From Octopus bimaculoides (taxonomy: Eukaryota): a stretch of DNA of 38,071 nt. The position numbers and the translations under genes are program-made. Positions 12,525 through 22,731 of the stretch are shown here, piece after piece. The notes under the pieces are model-generated. The model did no database searches. It was not told the origin of the DNA and saw only the letters and a list, made by a program, of their open reading frames with translations. Where the stretch lies: positions 9,828,421 through 9,866,491 of the forward strand of contig NC_069000.1 in NCBI RefSeq assembly GCF_001194135.2, in the 5' to 3' direction. Position 1 is the stretch's first letter, and each line of letters starts with the position of its first letter.

Positions 12525-12544
12525 CGTAAACGGGTTCGTTAATG
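12525..12544 (-). CDS. Candidate 20-nt micro-exon (c-INEPVY-g, or alternatively ca-LTNPFT)
   Basis: Minus strand: CTCTTTTCTTTTCGTTTCATCACTTTACAG|CATTAACGAACCCGTTTACG|GTAAGG. Very strong acceptor and a consensus donor. Confidence 0.4.
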
Positions 12545-12609
12545 CTGTAAAGTGATGAAACGAAAAGAAAAGAGCATGAGGCACTGTTAGATTATGTTGT
12601 ACGGATGAA

Positions 12610-12672
<63 letters not shown>

Positions 12673-12874
12673 AATAAATAAATAAATGGAAACAGTATCG
12701 GCAGTGATGCTTTTATTTTAGAAGTCGTTTTTAGATAGCAGGTAGATAGATGTCTTGTCTTAAGTTACAAATTTTTAAGGAAATACCTAAAGGCATGTTA
12801 AGAAATAGAGAGGAAGAAAGAGAGAGAGTAATGTCTATGTACATATATATGTTCTACTAATGTTGCTGATGTCG

Positions 12875-13070
12875 TTGTCGTTGTTCAGCCCTAAGTCAAC
12901 CTTGGTCGCACTTGATCTTTGATCAAGGGCGCTACAGCTGTAATTATCCCGCTTTTCGTATTTTTTTTGTATATTCTGAAAGAATATTTTTTTCCAGTGT
13001 GTACTTCCTGTTTTAAGACGACAGAGAGATTTATACGAAATTTAACTGCTATTTCCAACAGATGATTGCT
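12875..13070 (-). mobile_element. SINE 3' segment
   Basis: Reverse complement ends ...GGTTGACTTAGGGCTGAACAACGACAAC and includes GAAATAGCAGTTAAAT, as in the other copies. Confidence 0.6.
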
Positions 13071-14550
13071 AATTATAGTGGTGGTGGCGGTGGTGGTGCT
13101 GGTGGAGGTAGTGATGGGTTGGTGGGGAAGGTGTACTATCATAAAGGAAGAATTTACTGTTACATAACGAGATGCTTTCCTTTGATGAATTCAGAGCAAA
13201 GATAGCTATAANNNNNNNNNNNNNNNNNNNNNNNNNNNNNNNNNNNNNNNNNNNNNNNNNNNNNNNNNNNNNNNNNNNNNNNNNNNNNNNNNNNNNNNNN
13301 NNNNNNNNNNNNNNNNNNNNNNNNNNNNNNNNNNNNNNNNNNNNNNNNNNNNNNNNNNNNNNNNNNNNNNNNNNNNNNNNNNNNNNNNNNNNNNNNNNNN
13401 NNNNNNNNNNNNNNNNNNNNNNNNNNNNNNNNNNNNNNNNNNNNNNNNNNNNNNNNNNNNNNNNNNNNNNNNNNNNNNNNNNNNNNNNNNNNNNNNNNNN
13501 NNNNNNNNNNNNNNNNNNNNNNNNNNNNNNNNNNNNNNNNNNNNNNNNNNNNNNNNNNNNNNNNNNNNNNNNNNNNNNNNNNNNNNNNNNNNNNNNNNNN
13601 NNNNNNNNNNNNNNNNNNNNNNNNNNNNNNNNNNNNNNNNNNNNNNNNNNNNNNNNNNNNNNNNNNNNNNNNNNNNNNNNNNNNNNNNNNNNNNNNNNNN
13701 NNNNNNNNNNNNNNNNNNNNNNNNNNNNNNNNNNNNNNNNNNNNNNNNNNNNNNNNNNNNNNNNNNNNNNNNNNNNNNNNNNNNNNNNGTATATATATAT
13801 ATATATATATATATGATGCACACACACTTGCGCGCACACACACACACATAATAGAATGAAATGTGTGGGTGGTGTGTGTGGTGTGTGTATGTATATATGT
13901 ATGGATATGAATGTTTATATATTCTCGTTTTATATTTCTAGTTTATGGAGGTTTTGTTGCATATATGTGTGTGCGTGTGTGCGAATGTATATGTGTAGGT
14001 TTATGTTGTTTTACATATACCTGCACATACATATGTATCCGTATACATATGAGTTTATGTGCGTGTGGGTGCAAGTGTGTGTGTGTTTGTGATGAGGGAA
14101 AGATACTTGTTGCAACACCGAGAGGAAGTAACTGGACCGATTCATCTTAAGTGAAACGCAGAGAGTAGAGACACACTCATCTACGAGAGAAGGTGATCAA
14201 GTGTTTTGCTTGATAGAAATATAACAGACAAATAAATAACATCTTTCCCTGCTCCTGCAATAGGTATGTGACGTCATTTAGACAGAAATGTTTTGCGCTA
14301 TCCCAGAATTATTGTGAATTTAACATGGCAGTTTAACTCCATCACGCGGCCCTCTTGTGCCTTTAGTGATCTCTTCTATCCTGAAAGTATTTCAATCAGG
14401 GTTTCAGTGTGATCCTCAAAGATCCTGTGCTCTGTTCATGGACGCTGCTCTTCCTTTTCTAATCATTTAGAAATACATAAACTGATGCTAATTTAGCATG
14501 CGGTTACTAGAGCTTCCGTAGTCTACGATGTGAAATTACCTGAGCCAGGT

Positions 14551-14660
14551 CAGGATTTGGATTAGGGTTAGAGTTTGGGGTTAAGGTTAAGGTTTTGGTT
14601 TTATGATTAGGGTTCAGGATTTATGGTTATGATTATGGCTGGGGCTAGGGCTTGGGATTA
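14551..14660. repeat. Degenerate telomere-like (TTAGGG-variant) tract
   Basis: TTAGGGTTAGAGTTTGGGGTTAAGGTTAAGG...TTAGGGTTCAGG...CTAGGGCTTGGG. Confidence 0.75.
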
Positions 14661-14875
14661 GTCTCTCTATGAGAAGTAGTTTCTCGATCAGCCCGTCGCC
14701 ATTTCTGGAGAACAGGTGGCGTTGATAGCTGTTTGCGCTCTGAGTTATAATCTCCCATCGAGGTTAACTCTACCGTTTATCGTTTTGGGGTCTATACATA
14801 AAGTGCCATTCAAGTACAGAGATAGATTCTCTCTTTCTCTCTCTGCCTCTCCCACTCACTCACTCACTCACTCCT

Positions 14876-14954
<79 letters not shown>

Positions 14955-15047
14955 CGGCTGTGCTGTAGCGTGAGACACCCGCAGCACTCCTTTCTCCAGA
15001 AATGGCGTCGGGCTGATCGAGAAACTACTTCTCATAGAGAGACCAAT
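14657..15047. repeat. 56-bp inverted repeat (14657-14712 and 14992-15047), 54/56 complementary, 279-nt spacer
   Basis: ATTAGTCTCTCTATGAGAAGTAGTTTCTCGATCAGCCCGTCGCCATTTCTGGAGAA versus its reverse complement. Mismatches are A14660:C15044 and T14696:T15008. Confidence 0.95.
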
Positions 15048-15183
15048 GTGGAAACGATCCAGGATCGAACTGATGTGTAGCACAGCGAAGCGAGGAAAAA
15101 GGAAAACTCAATGATTTTGTTCAGTGCTCATCCTATTATGTCGAATCTTCTGACCTTTTCTTTGTTAATAACTAAAGAGTTAG

Positions 15184-15292
15184 GTACGAAGACGATGGAA
15201 CGGAATATCAGGAAGCAGACAAGATGCTCTCTGGTGATGTGTTCTTGGAGGGCATAGCTTCGAGAATTTCTAAACATGCTTGGCGCTCTTTG
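15184..15292 (+). CDS. Candidate exon, death-domain-like N-terminal helices (YEDDGTEYQEADKMLSGDVFLEGIASRISKHAWRSL)
   Basis: Branch-like CTGAC and a pyrimidine tract upstream, AG at 15182-83, and donor TTG|GTATGA. Codons are strongly G-initial. L..IA..I...W..L matches the start of death domains as I recall it. The exact acceptor is uncertain. Confidence 0.4.
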
Positions 15293-15360
15293 GTATGAAA
15301 AAAACAAAAACAACAAAACATCTTTTAAAGCACATAAAATAAAAAATAATATCCTGCCTC

Positions 15361-15983
15361 CTATTTGTCGTCGTCGTCGTCGTCATCATCGTCATCATCG
15401 TCAGCAACAACAACTACAAAATATTCATTAACATTCTTCTTCTCCTCAACAGAAAGAAGAAGAAGAAGAAGAAGAAGAAGAAGAAGAAGAAGAAGAAGAA
15501 GAAGAAGAAGAAGAAGAAGAAGAAGAAGAAGAACAACAACAACAACAACAAAAAGAATAAAAAACACGGCAGTAAACAACAACTTCAGAGGGTAAAGACA
15601 CCAACTGCATGATGCCTGCCTTCCAGAAATAGCAGTCAAGTTCCCTCGTATCATACCTTACTTCTTAAAGAAAGGCAGAAGGAAGGATACATTGGAGAAT
15701 GTAGCTCTTGACATACATACAAGATGAGGTGGTCATGGGTGGAACAGCCTTGGCCGCTGCTGGTCTACTCGGTAGAGAAGGAGGCTGACCTTGCAGCTAG
15801 ACATACAAGGAGAAGGAAAAGAATAATAAGAATAAAAAAAAGAAAGATGAACAAGAAGAAGAAGAAGAAGAAGAAGAAGAGCAACAACAAACAACACGGA
15901 GACCAACGATAGGTACAAAAATATAACAGGAACACCAGGAACATCAACAAAACAACAACACGAGTATGAACAAGAACAAGAGC

Positions 15984-16023
<40 letters not shown>

Positions 16024-16033
16024 NNNNNNNNNN

Positions 16034-16074
<41 letters not shown>

Positions 16075-16080
16075 GGACAA
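15361..16080. repeat. Cluster of trinucleotide arrays (GTC/ATC, GAA, CAA)
   Basis: Directly visible; these produce the poly-S, R, L, K and C ORF artefacts. Confidence 0.95.
15585..15800 (+). mobile_element. SINE 3' segment ending GGCTGACCTTGCAGCTA
   Basis: CCAGAAATAGCAGTCAAGTT...AAGGATACATTGGAGAATGTAG...GGTCATGGGTGGAA, homologous to 11160-11290. Confidence 0.65.
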
Positions 16081-16330
16081 CATCAAGGAGAACTGCAAGA
16101 GTGAGAAGGCTGCTGCTATTTTGGTTTTGATGATTTACTGCTGCCAGAGAACGGTATTTCAAGGATGTCGACAGCTGCTCTCTCTCTCTCTGCCTCTCTC
16201 TGACTCTCTCTGCCTCTCTCTGCCTCTCTCTGTCTCTGTCTCTGCTTCCCCCCCTCTCTCTCTCTCTAAGGTTTTTTCACACGCAGAGCTGAGTTTACGT
16301 TCCAGGTGTACCATAAACTCCCCGCACACA

Positions 16331-16369
<39 letters not shown>

Positions 16370-16550
16370 CTGGTTACAAGTGTGTGTTTAAATTTGTATT
16401 ATATGTGTGTGAGTGTGTGTGTATTTGTTTATGGACGTTTATACATACATACATACATACATACATACATACATACATGCAGGCATATGTGTGTGTGTGT
16501 GTGTGTATGTGTGTGTGTGTGTATGTGTGTGTGTGTGTATTAAACTTTTA

Positions 16551-16613
16551 GAAGAAGGAAGGTGACAGTGATTTCGATGTTTCGGCTTACTGGCCTTCTT
16601 CAGACTTCTTCAG
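16551..16613 (-). ncRNA. Type I hammerhead-ribozyme-like motif (Penelope-associated variant)
   Basis: Minus strand: GAAGAAGU-CUGAAGA-A-GGC(CAGUAA)GCC-GAAA-CA(UCGAAAUCAC)UGUC-ACCUUC. Core boxes, 3-bp stems II and III and a GUC cleavage triplet are present; stem I is short and bulged. Confidence 0.5.
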
Positions 16614-16624
16614 ANNNNNNNNNN

Positions 16625-16675
<51 letters not shown>

Positions 16676-17058
16676 ACACACACACACACACATACACACA
16701 CACACACAGTTATGTAATATCAGATCATTGTTTGAACATTTCACTGTTTCTTCTTTCACACCGTTATTTGTATGCATAGCAAGAATGGAGGTGGTTCTGT
16801 CTTAAGGTGCTGAAATCACCATTAGCTTCAAGCCACAGCTGATGAAGAGACCACTCTGTGGCCATTTTGATTTTGTCTCACCTGACTTATTACGTTTCCG
16901 TTACCCTCTGTCTATTTGTTTATCATTTTGGTCACATACGTACATATTTTGTCTAACATTACAACAATTCTGTTCTCTATTTGCCTAACTATTCGACGAG
17001 GAACTCTGAGTAACGGTGGAATAGATCTACAAATTCGAACACACAAACACACACACAT

Positions 17059-17124
<66 letters not shown>

Positions 17125-17609
17125 CAACAAACACGCACGCACGCATGCGCACGGGTGTGAAATATATACAGGGTTTGTAATGCGTGCAACAGCAACAGTC
17201 TTTATATATACGTGTGTGTGTGTGTGTATGCGTGCATGATTGCTTGTGCATGCATCTGGGTGTGTTGTGCGTGCGCGTGTGCGCGTGTCAAATGTGCTGC
17301 TCTGAGATTCATCCTAATAGCTTTAGCCGCTGACAGTAAAATTTTTATTTATTTTATTTATTTATTTATTTACATTCTGCCTGTTGTGAAGGCAGCGAAT
17401 TTGGCAGCTACAGCTTTCTTATGCAATTTGATTCAACAATTGCAATAGATAGTAACATTTATAGCATCAAATTTATACTTATTCTGCCTCCTCTCTCATT
17501 CTCTCACTTCTCTCTGTGTCTCCCTATCTCTCTTTCTCACATATACACAGTAACACACATTAGTTCCTGGGGCACATTTTTTTGTTTACTTGATCATCAT
17601 CATCATCTT

Positions 17610-17780
17610 CATCTTTCTCATTAGTTGAGCATTGGGATCGATGTAACGGACCAGTCTCCTTTACGCAAATTTCTGGCCTCCTGCTTAAAATGTAAAGGAT
17701 TTGTAAGTGAGCTGGCAGACTCGTTAGCACGTCGGACGACATTTCGCCCGTCTTTACATCCTGAGTTATTGTCAAGATTT
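17610..17780 (+). mobile_element. SINE family B fragments
   Basis: GAGCATTGGGATCGATGTAA and GAGCTGGCAGACTCGTTAGCACG...CGTCTTTACATCCTGAGTT, matching 31911-32125. Confidence 0.7.
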
Positions 17781-20009
17781 TGTCTGTCTCCTACCCTTCG
17801 ACCTGTCTGGTCTGGTAAGACCTGCCTGAAGATTTCTCTCCCTCCAGCATAGCTCGCTGGGTCAATGGAGCACACAGGTACTTCACCACGACAAGATACC
17901 TGTCTAAGGTTGAAGAATTGCTAAAATTACTAAGAGACAGCATGAAACTACTGGTACAGCATTAACACCATTTAACACCATTCAGTTAATACATGTGTTT
18001 GTGTGTGTGTATACACATATATACAAACATACATACTTACATATATACACATGTAAGCATGTGTGTGAGTGAATATATATGTGTAGCAAAAGTTTTCAGC
18101 GTAAAGTTATATTGGACATTATAAACTCGAAATCGAGACGGAACAGAGCAACAGAATCACTAAAGGGAGTGTTGCTTTTTACTGTGTTTAAGCTTACAAC
18201 ATATCACGTATACTCTCATTTTACTTGGAAGATCTTTTTTGTTATTTCATACATAATTTGAATTCATTTCAGAGCCATTACTTTTCGTCCGTCGTAAAGC
18301 GATTTATTTCGGATTGACGCACCTTGCTAGGTTCCACACACACACACACACACGCANNNNNNNNNNNNNNNNNNNNNNNNNNNNNNNNNNNNNNNNNNNN
18401 NNNNNNNNNNNNNNNNNNNNNNNNNNNNNNNNNNNNNNNNNNNNNNNNNNNNNNNNNNNNNNNNNNNNNNNNNNNNNNNNNNNNNNNNNNNNNNNNNNNN
18501 NNNNNNNNNNNNNNNNNNNNNNNNNNNNNNNNNNNNNNNNNNNNNNNNNNNNNNNNNNNNNNNNNNNNNNNNNNNNNNNNNNNNNNNNNNNNNNNNNNNN
18601 NNNNNNNNNNNNNNNNNNNNNNNNNNNNNNNNNNNNNNNNNNNNNNNNNNNNNNNNNNNNNNNNNNNNNNNNNNNNNNNNNNNNNNNNNNNNNNNNNNNN
18701 NNNNNNNNNNNNNNNNNNNNNNNNNNNNNNNNNNNNNNNNNNNNNNNNNNNNNNNNNNNNNNNNNNNNNNNNNNNNNNNNNNNNNNNNNNNNNNNNNNNN
18801 NNNNNNNNNNNNNNNNNNNNNNNNNNNNNNNNNNNNNNNNNNNNNNNNNNNNNNNNNNNNNNNNNNNNNNNNNNNNNNNNNNNNNNNNNNNNNNNNNNNN
18901 NNNNNNNNNNNNNNNNNNNNNNNNNNNNNNNNNNNNNNNNNNNNNNNNNNNNNNNNNNNNNNNNNNNNNNNNNNNNNNNNNNNNNNTCTATCTATCTATC
19001 TATCTATTTGTATTTGTATATATGTACGCACACACACAGAGGTGTGTACGTACATATATATATATATATATATATATACCTATACAGTCACACACACATA
19101 TACATTCATACATACATACATACATACATACATACATACATACTTACACACATACACACATAGATACATAGGTACACGCATACACAAACATACAGGGATG
19201 AGAGAGAGAGAGGGTGGAGGCGGGTGAGATAGGAGTTTCCTAGTTTACTTAACTTCTGAAAACTTTACGCTTCCATCCATCTACCTTTCATTCGAAAACA
19301 TTCGGAACACTCCCCCAAATACTTTCACTCACCATCCCCACCCAGCATATCTCAAATTACACTCAAACTCCTAAAAATACCTACACTAGTGATGGTAAGT
19401 TCACACACACACACACACACACACATTCGAACACGCGCACATTTACACCTAAACGCGCACACACACACACACGTACACATGTGCAAACACATGCGCAGAC
19501 GCGCGCTCATGCACGGACATAAAAGATATGTTGCATTCGGTATTCTTAACGCATACCAAACTATAATGTCGAACTCTCAAGACTGGAAANNNNNNNNNNC
19601 CTTCCCCCTCTTCCCTCTTCATTTAGGCACGTGCGAGTCTCGTTCTTGCTCCAAGCGTACGCACTTATGTGCGTATCTGTAAAGGTGGGTGAGTGTGTAT
19701 GCATGTATGTGTGTGAGTGTGTGAGACTGTATATATATATATATATATATACATGGTCACCTACACACACACATGTATAAAAACGCACAGACGTCCATAC
19801 ATGCATGCATACGCACACGCGCACACATAAAGAGAAAGAGGGGCTGGATTAAAAAAAAAAACAAAAACGTTTGAACATGGCTAGAGTTATACAAATAAAG
19901 ATGGACACGTAAAATATGTCGACAGCAAGAACGCAGACAGACTGACAGACAGACAGGCAGACAGACAGATGTATAAAGCGGGTAGCTGTATGAGAAGAAG
20001 AAAAAAAAG

Positions 20010-20160
20010 ATAGTGGTAGCCGTTTCGCATGTTCGCTCCTCGTTTCTCGTTGCCACCACGGTCGGCGCTTACCGGGCCGCGAAGCTTTTTACCCCCACGA
20101 GAGTTCCGGACAACAAGTTATGAACTCATTTGCATACAGCCAATCAGAGCTCAACTATCA
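20010..20160 (-). promoter_or_regulatory. CpG-rich patch with promoter-like motifs and a consensus 5' splice site
   Basis: ATTTGCAT (20128-35), CCAAT (20140-44), CCGGAA on the minus strand (about 20104-09), and CCG|GTAAGC on the minus strand at 20073/20072. CpG density is high compared with the flanks. Confidence 0.4.
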
Positions 20161-21271
20161 AACTAGTGTCCACCTAGTCACGAAAATACTCTGTTTGAGT
20201 TCAGTGGAAAATGTGCGTTATAGCCAAGTCTGTTCTAAACGGGTTAATAGGGGTGACAAATGTGAAATTTAGTGTATAAAGTGAATGGAGAGCTGCTCAC
20301 CGATGATGCCATAAGTGTTGCCAATTTGCGTAATTTACTAGAAAATGTAAATGAGTGTAGTTTCCTAAATTTTTGACTGATTTTGCAGTCTTAATTTAAA
20401 ATGTTGGTGNNNNNNNNNNNNNNNNNNNNNNNNNNNNNNNNNNNNNNNNNNNNNNNNNNNNNNNNNNNNNNNNNNNNNNNNNNNNNNNNNNNNNNNNNNN
20501 NNNNNNNNNNNNNNNNNNNNNNNNNNNNNNNNNNNNNNNNNNNNNNNNNNNNNNNNNNNNNNNNNNNNNNNNNNNNNNNNNNNNNNNNNNNNNNNNNNNN
20601 NNNNNNNNNNNNNNNNNNNNNNNNNNNNNNNNNNNNNNNNNNNNNNNNNNNNNNNNNNNNNNNNNNNNNNNNNNNNNNNNNNNNNNNNNNNNNNNNNNNN
20701 NNNNNNNNNNNNNNNNNNNNNNNNNNNNNNNNNNNNNNNNNNNNNNNNNNNNNNNNNNNNNNNNNNNNNNNNNNNNNNNNNNNNNNNNNNNNNNNNNNNN
20801 NNNNNNNNNNNNNNNNNNNNNNNNNNNNNNNNNNNNNNNNNNNNNNNNNNNNNNNNNNNNNNNNNNNNNNNNNNNNNNNNNNNNNNNNNNNNNNNNNNNN
20901 NNNNNNNNNNNNNNNNNNNNNNNNNNNNNNNNNNNNNNNNNNNNNNNNNNNNNNNNNNNNNNNNNNNNNNNNNNNNNNNNNNNNNNNNNNNNNNNNNNNN
21001 NNNNNNNNNNNNNNNNNNNNNNNNNNNNNNNNNNNNNNNNNNNNNNNNNNNNNNNNNNNNNNNNNNNNNNNNNNNNNNNNNNNNNNNNNNNNNNNNNNNN
21101 NNNNNNNNNNNNNNNNNNNNNNNNNNNNNNNNNNNNNNNNNNNNNNNNNNNNNNNNNNNNNNNNNNNNNNNNNNNNNNNNNNNNNNNNNNNNNNNNNNNN
21201 NNNNNNNNNNNNNNNNNNNNNNNNNNNNNNNNNNNNNNNNNNNNNNNNNNNNNNNNNNNNNNNNNNNNNNN

Positions 21272-21329
<58 letters not shown>

Positions 21330-21419
21330 GTATCTATCTGCTCAAACAGACAGTCTGCCCGTCTCTCTTAGATTCAAGCACGTCTCTCATACGTCTTAAC
21401 GCTTCCAAGTATTTCTCAC

Positions 21420-21482
21420 AGTTGCATATCTTCGAGATGTGTTGCTATATCATCAGCAGGATGAGAGATGAGGTGTTCTCTG
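21420..21482 (-). CDS. Candidate 63-nt phase 2-2 exon (REHLISHPADDIATHLEDMQL)
   Basis: AATATTCTTCTTCTGCAG|CAG (NAGNAG acceptor) and donor CT|GTGAGA. Only one frame is open. A competing plus-strand acceptor (ctcacag|) overlaps the donor. Confidence 0.4.
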
Positions 21483-21569
21483 CTGCAGAAGAAGAATATT
21501 GAGCCGGTTCCTTCCTCACCACCATATATGGAGGAACGCTGCCAGACACGTAATACGGAACCACTGCAA

Positions 21570-21916
21570 GGTGTTGTTGCTGTTGACGGTGATGGTGGTG
21601 GTGGTGGGTACACGGCTGATGTGATGGCGGTGGTATCGGCGGCGGCGGCAACGGTGACGGTTAGTTTATTTGCGATAGTGTTGTGTAGGCGCTTCTGATG
21701 GGACTGGTGGAGGTGCAGGTTGTGGTGCTACTGATAGCGGTGTTGGTGGTGGGTTGGGTGGTAGTGCTGTTGTTGTTCTTGTTGCTGTTGGTGGTGCTGC
21801 TGCTGATGATGGTGGAAATGTTGCGGTGTGGGAGCGGGGTGGGGGTGGGGGTGGGGTAAGAGAGGCGGTGCTGGTGGTACTGCTTGTTCATGGTGGTGTT
21901 GTTGGTGATGATGATG
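21570..21916. repeat. GGT/TGT/TGA-type low-complexity region
   Basis: Imperfect trinucleotide mosaics. Each minus-strand frame contains a stop, so there is no continuous P/H/Q-rich ORF. Confidence 0.8.
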
Positions 21917-22493
21917 NNNNNNNNNNNNNNNNNNNNNNNNNNNNNNNNNNNNNNNNNNNNNNNNNNNNNNNNNNNNNNNNNNNNNNNNNNNNNNNNNNNN
22001 NNNNNNNNNNNNNNNNNNNNNNNNNNNNNNNNNNNNNNNNNNNNNNNNNNNNNNNNNNNNNNNNNNNNNNNNNNNNNNNNNNNNNNNNNNNNNNNNNNNN
22101 NNNNNNNNNNNNNNNNNNNNNNNNNNNNNNNNNNNNNNNNNNNNNNNNNNNNNNNNNNNNNNNNNNNNNNNNNNNNNNNNNNNNNNNNNNNNNNNNNNNN
22201 NNNNNNNNNNNNNNNNNNNNNNNNNNNNNNNNNNNNNNNNNNNNNNNNNNNNNNNNNNNNNNNNNNNNNNNNNNNNNNNNNNNNNNNNNNNNNNNNNNNN
22301 NNNNNNNNNNNNNNNNNNNNNNNNNNNNNNNNNNNNNNNNNNNNNNNNNNNNNNNNNNNNNNNNNNNNNNNNNNNNNNNNNNNNNNNNNNNNNNNNNNNN
22401 NNNNNNNNNNNNNNNNNNNNNNNNNNNNNNNNNNNNNNNNNNNNNNNNNNNNNNNNNNNNNNNNNNNNNNNNNNNNNNNNNNNNNNNNNNNNN

Positions 22494-22523
<30 letters not shown>

Positions 22524-22524
<1 letters not shown>

Positions 22525-22720
22525 GGGGGAGTGCTGAAAAGTTCCTGGCTTTGGGTAAAAGAAAATACAGGTGGATTAGTTAATTATGATTTTATTCAAC
22601 ATTTTTCCATCTCAGATCCACACAGTTTTTCTAAGCCCAGTAAAAGAACTCGGAAAATTGGACCTCCAAGCAGGGCTTTCGCGATACCCTTAAAGCCAGG
22701 AACTTTTCAGCACGCCCTCG
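22524..22720. mobile_element. Mariner-type MITE, about 197 bp, about 29-bp TIRs, TA target duplication
   Basis: TA|CGGGGGAGTGCTGAAAAGTTCCTGGCTTT ... AAAGCCAGGAACTTTTCAGCACGCCCTCG|TA. Confidence 0.92.
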
Positions 22721-22731
22721 TATACATACGT

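Noticed and set aside
15361-16162. Poly-L, R, K, C and S ORFs
   Set aside because: They are translations of GAA/CAA/GTC trinucleotide arrays.
20000-20100. Possible snRNA, tRNA-Sec or other known Pol III RNA ending in T8
   Set aside because: No match to U-snRNA, tRNA or 7SK features that I can recognise, and the octamer is too close for a distal snRNA element.
21422-21698. Plus-strand readings LHIFEMCCYIISRMRDEVFSAAEEEY* and a TM-like ...VSLFAIVLCRRF* ORF
   Set aside because: They cannot be excluded, but no partner exon was found and the minus-strand exon has both splice sites. The TM-like part comes from low-complexity GGT/GCG sequence.
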